Part shown: positions 60,101 to 64,000 of the stretch, piece by piece
How the letters are laid out: the number at the start of each line of letters is the position of its first letter
Position numbering within the stretch: the first letter of the stretch is position 1
Origin: Squalus acanthias
Taxonomy: Eukaryota
Direction: 5' to 3'
Length of the DNA: 64,000 nucleotides
NCBI GenBank assembly: GCA_030390025.1
Contig: CM059432.1
Coordinates: 106,270,001-106,334,000, forward strand
Notes under the pieces: model-generated
What the model saw: only the letters and a program-made list of their open reading frames with translations
Databases searched by the model: none
What the model was told of the DNA's origin: nothing
Program-made: the position numbers and the translations under genes

Positions 60101-61816
60101 TGCCATGGGATCTTTTACGTCCACCCGAGAAGGCAGATGAAACCTCAGTTTAACGTCTCACCCGAAAGACAGACCTCCAACAGTGCAGCACTAGATTATG
60201 TGCTCATGTCCCTGGAGTGGGACTTGAACACACTTCTGATTCAGAGACGTGAGCGCTACCTCTCAGCCAAGGCTGTCACCAATTACAGACATGATTCCCA
60301 AGTTATGCTACAAGATTTTGTGCCAATGGGTGCCCTAAATAGCAGTGTGCGTTCTAGAATTATTTATGACATTCCAGAGCAGAATGAAATTAATTCTGTA
60401 CCACTGTTGTCAGCTAAACTGGAAACATCCTGTTCAGCACACACTGACTTCATGGGAACAGGAGTAGGCCGTTCAGCCCCTCGAGCCTGTTCAGCTACCC
60501 TGTGTTTTAAGAAGTGCTTCCTAACATCACCCCAGAACAGCCTGTTGCACCCCCGTGTTATGGACTTCCCCACCAGAGGAAATAGTTCCTCTCTATCTAC
60601 CCTATCAAATCATTTAATCATCTTGACACCTCAATTAGATCACTCTTAATCTTCTATACTCAAGGAAACAAAAGCCATGTTTATGCAACCTGTCCTCATA
60701 ACTTAACCCTTTTAGCCCTGGTATCATTCTGGTGAATCTGTGCTGCACCCCCTGCAAGGCCAATACCAAGCTTCACATGCCCCAGAGAATCAAGATCCTC
60801 ACCCTCAAATATTACTTCCACTTCCATAATATCACCCGTCTCGGTTGCTGCTGCAGTTGAAACCCTCATTCATGGTTTTATTACCCCCCAGACCAATGTT
60901 CCCTTTAAGCTGTGCAGCGCTCTGGAGCTCATGCAGCCGGCGCACCGGCTTTTAAGTGGGAAAACCGCACATTTTGAATTGGGCCGTGCAGACCCTTAAA
61001 GGGGTCGCACACCCAAAAAAGTATTAAAGGGAACGCTGCTCCAGACACAACTATTTCAATGCAGGGTTCGACCCGAAACGTTGACCGTTTCACTCTCCTC
61101 AATGCTGCCCGACTTGCTGAGTGTTTCCAGCACTTTCTGTTGTTATTTCAGATTTCCAGCATCCACAGTATTGGCCGGCCTCACAATTTACACCCTCCGT
61201 AAATTTGAGCTCATCCAAAACTATGTTGTCTGTTGCCTCTGTAACCTCCTGCAGCCCAACTACCCTCCAATTGTGGCCTTTTGTGTAACCCCGATTTCCA
61301 TCACCCCACCATTGGTGGCTGTGCCTTCAGCTGCGAAGCACGGGATTTCCCTCCCGAAACCTCTCTCCTTTAACAGGCTCCTTAAAATCTACATCACTTT
61401 TCCCCAATATCTCATGTCACTCAGTTTAAAATTTTGTATGATAATCGCTCGTGTGAAGCGCCTTGGGACGTTTTACGTAGTTAAAGGCGCTACATAAATG
61501 CAAGCTGTTATTGATCAAATCCCTCCAAGACACCTCTCTGGGGATGCTCTCCATGGCCAGATTAACCCTTCCACTCAGTTATACCCCACAGTCTCTGCAA
61601 CTCCCTTCTCTTCCGTTCATCAAGAGCCTCTTTGGGCAAACCTCATTAAACTCTTCTTGTCCTGCTGCCTGACCACCTCTGGCTTCGTTGCAGAGTGTGG
61701 CGCGGGAAAAGTTAAGATTTTTAAAGAAAGGAGACCGAGCGAGAAGAGAAGGAAGATACTTATAATTTATAGGGCCTCGGGCTCTCGAACCCCTTGTCGC
61801 CTTTCTTCCTGTTCAT
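15..61816 (-). CDS. TAF2: TAF2 (TFIID subunit 2), coding exons 1-18; 3' exons lie beyond the left edge
   Basis: Spliced translation [35 protein letters not shown]...[12 protein letters not shown] closely matches vertebrate TAF2 as I recall it. 18 exons, 2334 nt, splice phases all compatible. Confidence 0.98.
410..757 (-). mobile_element. DeuSINE-type SINE copy with deletions
   Basis: Colinear similarity to 30254-30712. Confidence 0.7.
988..2199 (-). mobile_element. Candidate solo LTR
   Basis: TGTTAAAA...TTCTAACA termini; flanks TTGG/ATGG (3/4); internal CCAAT boxes; AATAAAAG on the minus strand at about 1471-1478; no similarity to other repeats in the window. Confidence 0.3.
2314..2454 (-). 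CDS. TAF2: TAF2 exon 17 (141 nt)
   Basis: [28 protein letters not shown]...SYFLQK; CTTCAG / GTAAAA. Confidence 0.96.
3410..3863 (-). mobile_element. DeuSINE-type SINE copy
   Basis: Colinear similarity to 30254-30712; B box GGTTCAAACCC. Confidence 0.75.
4064..4316 (-). CDS. TAF2: TAF2 exon 16 (253 nt)
   Basis: [38 protein letters not shown]...ACFRLAK; TTATAG / GTGAAC. Confidence 0.96.
4458..4523 (-). CDS. TAF2: TAF2 exon 15 (66 nt)
   Basis: [27 protein letters not shown] / GTAGGT. Confidence 0.95.
4935..5340 (+). mobile_element. CR1 LINE 3' end
   Basis: TGGAATTCTCT...ATCAGCCAT...GAATGGC tail shared with the other CR1 copies. Confidence 0.75.
5014..5220 (+). mobile_element. Solo Penelope terminal-repeat insertion with an inverted 5' segment and 13-bp TSD, inside a CR1 3' end
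   Basis: ATCGATAGATTTT at 5001-5013 and 5221-5233; about 65-bp inverted repeat (5013-5077 vs 5129-5193). Confidence 0.8.
6221..6264. repeat. 22-bp tandem duplication
   Basis: ATGCAAAAGGATGTATAATAAA x2. Confidence 0.9.
6706..6815 (-). CDS. TAF2: TAF2 exon 14 (110 nt)
   Basis: [42 protein letters not shown] / GTAGGT. Confidence 0.95.
7155..8365 (+). mobile_element. Penelope-like retroelement, 5'-truncated (RT C-terminus, GIY-YIG endonuclease, terminal repeat with hammerhead motif); terminal repeat resumes at about 10160-10220 after a CR1 insertion
   Basis: [45 protein letters not shown]; ends [11 protein letters not shown]. Confidence 0.9.
8326..8364 (+). ncRNA. Minimal hammerhead ribozyme motif (family A, slightly decayed)
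   Basis: CAGUU-CUGACGA-A-GGGUC auc GACUU-GAAA-UGUU-AACUG, downstream of the Penelope ORF. Confidence 0.65.
8366..10160 (+). mobile_element. CR1 LINE, 5'-truncated, with internal deletion
   Basis: [51 protein letters not shown]1 3' UTR. Confidence 0.93.
10250..10364 (-). CDS. TAF2: TAF2 exon 13 (115 nt)
   Basis: [44 protein letters not shown] / GTAAGG. Confidence 0.95.
10365..10693 (-). other. TAF2 intron 12, U12-type (minor spliceosome) GT-AG intron, 329 nt
   Basis: 5' site GTATCCTTT; branch-site-like CCTTAAT about 13 nt before the terminal TAG; no polypyrimidine tract. Confidence 0.92.
10694..10848 (-). CDS. TAF2: TAF2 exon 12 (155 nt)
   Basis: [25 protein letters not shown]...PLIKQW; donor GTATCCTTT (U12 type). 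Confidence 0.95.
11385..11975 (+). mobile_element. CR1 LINE 3' fragment, degenerate
   Basis: [21 protein letters not shown] tail and CR1 3' UTR. Confidence 0.8.
12010..13908 (+). mobile_element. CR1-group LINE of a second family ('family B'), RT through 3' end
   Basis: [46 protein letters not shown]; tail AAGGGCAATTAGGGATGGGCAATAAATGCTGGCC. Confidence 0.9.
14245..14395 (-). mobile_element. Solo Penelope terminal repeat (family A)
   Basis: Matches the tails at 5085-5220, 8325-8365 plus 10160-10220, and 38735-38900. Confidence 0.8.
14336..14377 (-). ncRNA. Minimal type I hammerhead ribozyme motif (family A)
   Basis: CCAGUU-CUGACGA-A-AGGUC uuc GACCU-GAAA-CGUU-AACUCUG; intact core, palindromic stem III AACGUU. 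Confidence 0.78.
14524..15130. mobile_element. MITE / non-autonomous DNA transposon (PIF/Harbinger-related)
   Basis: Perfect 12-bp TIR GGGCTGGATTTT / AAAATCCAGCCC; 3-bp TSD ATT (14521-14523, 15131-15133); no coding capacity. Confidence 0.8.
15273..15408 (-). CDS. TAF2: TAF2 exon 11 (136 nt)
   Basis: [51 protein letters not shown] / GTTTGT. Confidence 0.95.
15515..16420 (+). mobile_element. CR1 LINE 3' fragment
   Basis: ORF 15617-16333 QRDLG...[12 protein letters not shown]...[11 protein letters not shown]1 3' UTR. Confidence 0.92.
16495..16890 (+). mobile_element. LF-SINE-like old SINE
   Basis: TGCTGGAAAATGCCTGTGTGTGGACATCAGATGAGGATAGGATTG...GGCTCATACATGAAGAATTGTCACTTG. Confidence 0.55.
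17095..17200. repeat. Degenerate GA-rich simple repeat
   Basis: GAGAGAAAGA...GAGAGAGAGAGAAAGAGG. Confidence 0.75.
17691..17776 (-). CDS. TAF2: TAF2 exon 10 (86 nt)
   Basis: [34 protein letters not shown] / GTAAGT. Confidence 0.95.
17825..18567. mobile_element. MITE (PIF/Harbinger-related) with GC-rich arms and AT-rich core
   Basis: TIR GGCCCAAAAATTCATC / GATCAATTTCTGGGCC (2 mismatches); flanks AAT and ATT. Confidence 0.75.
18595..18972 (+). mobile_element. L2 LINE 3' fragment
   Basis: [14 protein letters not shown]...[29 protein letters not shown], typical of the L2 ORF2 C-terminus. Confidence 0.85.
18972..19638. mobile_element. Related MITE, left end lost
   Basis: Shares GCATGCGCTGAAAACCGGCA and the AT-rich core with 17825-18567; right end AAAATACGGGCC|ATT. 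Confidence 0.62.
20100..21305 (+). mobile_element. CR1 LINE fragment, interrupted at about 20305-20415 by an antisense L2 tail
   Basis: [28 protein letters not shown]1 3' UTR. Confidence 0.88.
21741..21840 (-). CDS. TAF2: TAF2 exon 9 (100 nt)
   Basis: [39 protein letters not shown] / GTACCA. Confidence 0.95.
23876..24252 (-). mobile_element. DeuSINE-type SINE copy, degenerate
   Basis: Colinear similarity to 30254-30712. Confidence 0.68.
24398..24511 (-). CDS. TAF2: TAF2 exon 8 (114 nt)
   Basis: [43 protein letters not shown] / GTGAGT. Confidence 0.96.
25147..25800 (+). mobile_element. Family-B LINE 3' end
   Basis: [29 protein letters not shown]; same tail as 12010-13908. Confidence 0.9.
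26020..26340 (+). mobile_element. LF-SINE-like old SINE
   Basis: GAGCCATACAGACCATGAAGG...GTGCTGAATT..GATCTCAGCC...ACATATGAATAGTGACCACATGGGTGAGGTA...TGGAACTGT; related to the copies at about 16500, 27710, 34400 and 56500. Confidence 0.55.
26385..26880 (-). mobile_element. L2 LINE 3' end containing an expanded G28 run (26688-26715)
   Basis: [20 protein letters not shown]; tail GGTGCTATATAAATACAAGTTGTTGTTG. Confidence 0.85.
27712..27995 (+). mobile_element. LF-SINE-like old SINE, partial
   Basis: GTTAGCTGAT...AAAAATAGCCAAGTTCCTGCTCCTAATAACTATCCAGTGAC. Confidence 0.5.
28450..28634 (-). CDS. TAF2: TAF2 exon 7 (185 nt)
   Basis: [17 protein letters not shown]...YASMSIL; TTCCAG / GTGAGT. Confidence 0.96.
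30254..30712 (-). mobile_element. tRNA-derived DeuSINE-type SINE (SacSINE1/AmnSINE-like), full length
   Basis: tRNA-like head (TGGCTCAGTTGG...GGTCAAGTCCC); central GGAGGTGCCGTCTTTCGGATGAGACG...AAAGATCCCATGGC...GGTGTCCTGGCCAA domain; L2-like tail. Family name is from memory of the Deu domain. Confidence 0.75.
31080..31455 (+). mobile_element. Old L2 3' remnant
   Basis: [11 protein letters not shown] and GAAGCGCCTTGG...AAGGTGTTCTATGAATGTAAG tail. Confidence 0.55.
31480..33660 (-). mobile_element. CR1 LINE, degenerate
   Basis: [43 protein letters not shown]. Confidence 0.9.
34400..34900 (+). mobile_element. LF-SINE-like old SINE interrupted by a CR1 tail (about 34575-34670)
   Basis: GGGCTCTACAATTGGCCTCAG...GAGAATGGCGATTTGGGTGAGGTACCAGAGGG...CCATGGAACCATACC. 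Confidence 0.55.
35228..35248. repeat. G21 homopolymer
   Basis: Direct count. Confidence 0.85.
35335..37045 (-). mobile_element. Family-B LINE with a fold-back inverted 5' end
   Basis: 366-aa RT ORF 35537-36637; 36892-37043 is an inverted copy of 36184-36335. Confidence 0.9.
38285..38516 (-). CDS. TAF2: TAF2 exon 6 (232 nt)
   Basis: [19 protein letters not shown]...[14 protein letters not shown] / GTAAGC. Confidence 0.96.
38735..39748 (-). mobile_element. Penelope-like element fragment (GIY-YIG), with a family-A terminal repeat at about 38735-38900
   Basis: ORF 39116-39376 [31 protein letters not shown]; same family as 7155-8365. Confidence 0.88.
38830..38870 (-). ncRNA. Minimal hammerhead ribozyme motif (family A)
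   Basis: UCAGUU-CUGAAGA-A-GGGU uucg ACCU-GAAA-CGUU-AACUCUG. Confidence 0.72.
39950..42785 (+). mobile_element. CR1 LINE, near-complete but heavily disrupted ORF2 (APE endonuclease + RT)
   Basis: [51 protein letters not shown]. Confidence 0.92.
42790..43172 (+). mobile_element. CR1 3' end
   Basis: [18 protein letters not shown] tail and CR1 3' UTR ending in TTCTATGA repeats. Confidence 0.8.
43253..43394 (-). CDS. TAF2: TAF2 exon 5 (142 nt)
   Basis: [24 protein letters not shown]...GYENST; TATTAG / GTGAGT. Confidence 0.96.
44525..47281 (+). mobile_element. DeuSINE-type SINE split by a CR1 (head 44525-44589, body about 47046-47281)
   Basis: ...GGTTCAAGTCCCA, then CR1, then CACTCCAGAGACTTGAGCAC... 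Confidence 0.78.
44590..47045 (+). mobile_element. CR1 LINE, relatively young, 5'-truncated, inserted into a SINE
   Basis: Long ORFs 44590-45642, 45849-46229, 46147-46953 with GRSDH, SPGPD, GVPQGS, FADD; ends in TTCTATG repeats. Confidence 0.95.
47479..47597 (-). CDS. TAF2: TAF2 exon 4 (119 nt)
   Basis: [45 protein letters not shown] / GTAAGT. Confidence 0.96.
47921..48046 (-). mobile_element. Solo Penelope terminal repeat (family B)
   Basis: Shares GTCGCACAACACCAGGTTATAGTCCAACAG...AAGCTTTCGGAGC with the tail of the 62860-64000 element. Confidence 0.8.
48005..48046 (-). ncRNA. Minimal hammerhead ribozyme motif (family B)
   Basis: UCAC-CUGAGGA-A-GGGGC gaucgaua GCUCC-GAAA-GCUU-GUGA; palindromic stem III AAGCUU. 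Confidence 0.75.
48248..49400 (-). mobile_element. CR1 LINE internal fragment
   Basis: [36 protein letters not shown]. Confidence 0.9.
50614..50738 (-). mobile_element. Solo Penelope terminal repeat (family B) with internal inversion and 14-bp TSD, inside a CR1
   Basis: CAGTGAGGAGGATA at 50600-50613 and 50739-50752; 50701-50738 is inverted relative to the copy at 47921. Confidence 0.82.
50666..50701 (-). ncRNA. Minimal hammerhead ribozyme motif (family B; stem I shortened by inversion)
   Basis: AC-CUGACGA-A-GGAGC agca GCUCC-GAAA-GCUU-GUGA. Confidence 0.68.
51059..54480 (+). mobile_element. Family-B LINE, near-complete ORF2 (APE + RT), nested in a CR1
   Basis: [36 protein letters not shown]; family-B tail at 54311-54470. 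Confidence 0.92.
53665..54310 (+). mobile_element. CR1 3' end with tandemly duplicated 3' UTR, nested in the family-B LINE
   Basis: [23 protein letters not shown]... intact to the stop codon; two 3' UTR copies. Confidence 0.9.
55060..56220 (-). mobile_element. CR1 fragments, with a different CR1 3' tail inserted at about 55541-55830
   Basis: [44 protein letters not shown]. Confidence 0.82.
57093..57253 (-). CDS. TAF2: TAF2 exon 3 (161 nt)
   Basis: [28 protein letters not shown]...CHHESK; TTGCAG / GTAAGT. Confidence 0.96.
57344..57398 (-). CDS. TAF2: TAF2 exon 2 (55 nt)
   Basis: (L)[18 protein letters not shown]; acceptor TTTATAC, donor GTAAGT. Confidence 0.93.
59357..59398. repeat. 21-bp tandem duplication
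   Basis: GGCTCAGAAGAACCATGTGCC x2. Confidence 0.9.
59876..60278 (-). mobile_element. DeuSINE-type SINE copy
   Basis: Colinear similarity to 30254-30712. Confidence 0.72.
60452..60765 (-). mobile_element. CR1 3' fragment
   Basis: Reverse complement of the CR1 tail (GGAACAGGAGTAGGCCGTTCAGCCCCTCGAGCCTG). Confidence 0.75.
60790..61505 (+). mobile_element. Old L2 3' remnant carrying a hAT-type MITE and a truncated Penelope terminal repeat (about 61062-61172)
   Basis: GAAACCCTCATTCATG...GAGCTCATCCAAAAC...GTGAAGCGCCTTGGGACG...AAAGGCGCTACATAAATGCAAG. Confidence 0.7.
60894..61038. mobile_element. hAT-type MITE, 145 bp
   Basis: TIR CAATGTTCCCTTTAA / TTAAAGGGAACGCTG (13/15); 8-bp TSD CCCCAGAC / CTCCAGAC (7/8). 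Confidence 0.75.
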
Positions 61817-62400
61817 GTCTCGGGGCCCGCGCTCTCCGCTTTCGGTTAAACTCCACACCAGTCGCCTCTTCTCATTGCTCTAACACTCAGTGCGCTGCGC
61901 TCTCGGACAGAAGCGGGGTTAATGGCTGCCGGCGGCCCCGCTTGGCTCGCTCCGCTCTGTCAGCGGCCGGGCCAGCGCTCGCCCTCTGTCGTCATCGCCT
62001 CCCCGCGCGCACTCAAACCGCTTCCCCCGCCGCAGCGGCCATTTTGCTTGTCTAACCTTTCACCTCCGGTTCAAGCCCACTCATTTAAAAAAAATGGTTT
62101 CTTAACCACGCGGGAAAACCCCCCCTCAAAACATCTCTTCTGCAAAATAAAATCAATTTCAAGACTGCTATATTTGTTGGGGGAAAAACAAAAAATATGT
62201 TTTCTGCTATTCACTCAGATATCCGCCCCCACTCCACTCGGAGAAAAAAAACCCGGTGAATGTAAAAGATTTACGCGCATGCGTGAGGGGAACAAAAGTT
62301 GCTATGGGTTACAGCGCATGTCCGATGATTGGAGGAAACCGTGACGTCATCGAGTGAACGTCACTACTGGCTTTGACGTAAAAGTCGTTATAATACAAAC
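61680..62400 (-). promoter_or_regulatory. CpG-rich TAF2 promoter / 5' UTR
   Basis: High CpG density around exon 1. Motifs: YY1-type CAAAATGGCCGC (62035-62046, minus), GC box CCGCCCCC (62223-62230), NRF1-like GCGCATGCGT (62275-62284), CCAAT (ATTGG 62328-62332), full CRE TGACGTCA (62342-62349). No obvious TATA box. Confidence 0.8.
61764..61816 (-). CDS. TAF2: TAF2 exon 1 (coding part, 53 nt)
   Basis: ATG at 61816; [17 protein letters not shown]+TT; followed by ATAAGT (AT donor). Confidence 0.93.
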
Positions 62401-62517
62401 CTGTGGACAACCCTGGGGGATTGTCATGCATTCTCCAGCAATTAAAAATGCGAGCAACTTGGCAGAAAAATCATAGGGGCATTAAAAAGAATTGTATGTT
62501 TTGTTATTTTCGTTGAA

Positions 62518-62729
62518 ATATTTTTATTCAAATACAATAATACCTGTACAACTCATCAATTACATAGTAAATCCATTACATAGTAAATCCATTACATTCA
62601 TCCATCACAGTAAAAAAATAAAGCCTTAAAAACAGCCTTATAATTAATATAAATGCAATGATTACTTTTACAAAGAATCAATAATGTTTACAATACAAAT
62701 ACCCTTAAGCAATTCCACACAACTTTTTA
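62518..62729 (-). mobile_element. 212-bp AT-rich insertion with 15-bp TSD, probably a retroposed 3' end
   Basis: GTTATTTTCGTTGAA at 62503-62517 and 62730-62744; the minus strand ends TGTATTTGAATAAAAATAT. Confidence 0.65.
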
Positions 62730-62859
62730 GTTATTTTCGTTGAACACTTAGTTATAAAAATACTGGAGATGGGGGAAAAGAGCTGTTTGACTGGGCAGGA
62801 TGGTTGAAGCTGGGGCCACCACTTCTCTCAACCCCTCCACTGTCTTGAAATTGTCAAAA

Positions 62860-64000
62860 ATGAGAAGTCGCACAACACCAGGTTATAGTCCAACAGATTT
62901 ATTTAAAATTACAAGCTTTCGGAGCTGTCGCCCCTTCCTCAGGTAGAGTAACTGTGAGAGAATCTATCAGAATTCACAGAATATAAACACAGAGAAAATG
63001 CATTCAAATCTTTCCCTACATCAAAGACACACTAAGAGCACAGCCAAGACAATGAGATGTGTCCCAGGGGGTCCAACGTGTCAAAACACCTGCTGGCTGC
63101 ATATCCTCTCCAGTTGGGTTTGTTTCTTGTGTTTGTTTTTTTTTAAAAGCTGGAAAGACCGGCAACGATGTCAAGTCACGTTCTGTATCGTGACATGAAC
63201 CCGATATCCTGATTGAGGCCATCCTCATGAGTGCGGAACTTGGCTATCAGTTTCTGCTCGATGATTTTGCATTGTCGTGTATCCCGAAGGCCGCCTTGGA
63301 GAACGCTAACCCGCAGATCCGAGGCTGAATGCCCCTGACTGCTGAAGTGTTCCCCGACTGGGAGGCAACCCTACTGCCTGGCGATTGTTGCGCGGTGTCC
63401 GTTCATACGTTGTCTCAGTGTCTGCATGGTCTCGCCGATGTACCATGCTCTGGGGCATCCTTTACTGCAACGTATCAGGTAGACAACGTTGGCCGAGTCA
63501 CATGAGTATGTACCATGTACCTGGTGGGTAGTGTCCTCACGTGTGATGACGGTATCTGTGTCCATGATCTGGCATGTCTTGCAGAGGTTGCCGTGGCAGG
63601 GTTGTGTGGTGTCGTGGTCGCTGTTCTCCTGAAAGATGGGTAATTTGCTGCGAACAATGGTACTTTTGAGGTTAGGCGGCTGCTTGAAGGCGAGTAGTGG
63701 AGACGTGGGGATGGCCTTAGCAAGGTGTTCGTCGTCATCGATGACATGTTGAAGGCTGCGAAGAACATGGCATAGTTTCTCCGCTCCGGGGAAGTACTGG
63801 ACGACGTAGGGTACTCTGTTGGTTGTGTCCCGTGTTCGCCTTCTGAGGAGGTCTATGCGGTTTTTCGCTGTGGCCCGTCGGAACTGTCGATCGACGAGTC
63901 GAGCGTCATATCCCGTTCTTACGAGGGCATCTTTCAGTGTCCGTAGGTGTCCATCGCGTTCCTCCTCGTCTGAGCAGATCCTGTGTATTCGCAGGGCTTG
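62860..64000 (-). mobile_element. Penelope-like element of a second family (RT C-terminus, GIY-YIG, terminal repeat); continues beyond the window
   Basis: QALRIHRICSDEEERD...SCDSANVVYLIRCSKGCPRAWYIGETMQTLRQRMNGHR...EDGLNQD; one in-frame stop at about 63371. Confidence 0.9.
62910..62945 (-). ncRNA. Minimal hammerhead ribozyme motif (family B) in the Penelope 3' terminal repeat
   Basis: UAC-CUGAGGA-A-GGGGC gaca GCUCC-GAAA-GCUU-GUA. Confidence 0.7.

Larger units (their letters stand above)
57399..61763 (-). other. TAF2 intron 1, AT-AC termini, U2-like donor
   Basis: AAA TT|ATAAGTATC ... TTTTACTTTTGATTTATGTCTTTATAC|A ACT CAC. No GT-AG placement restores YKLTHQ. Confidence 0.88.

Noticed and set aside
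61498..62344. Plus-strand ORFs (185 and 140 aa) over the promoter as a divergent gene
   Set aside because: Low-complexity products expected from GC-rich sequence; no recognisable domain or splice structure.

Overview
Vertebrate genomic DNA, most likely a cartilaginous fish (inferred from the repeat content). The window is not prokaryotic, and most ORF-track entries are retroelement debris. It holds the 5' part of TAF2 (TFIID subunit 2) on the minus strand. I resolved 18 coding exons by hand (61816 down to 15; 2334 nt, 778 codons, frame continuous) plus a CpG-rich promoter at about 61.7-62.4 kb; the gene continues beyond the left edge. Two introns are non-canonical: intron 1 has AT-AC ends with a major-spliceosome-like donor (ATAAGT), and intron 12 is a GT-AG minor-spliceosome (U12) intron. 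The introns are packed with CR1 and CR1-group LINEs, L2 remnants, DeuSINE-like and LF-SINE-like SINEs, MITEs and Penelope-like elements. The Penelope terminal repeats carry minimal hammerhead-ribozyme motifs of two families, and four of these lie in the sense orientation of the TAF2 pre-mRNA. Exon coordinates were read base by base; repeat boundaries are approximate unless a TIR or TSD is given.
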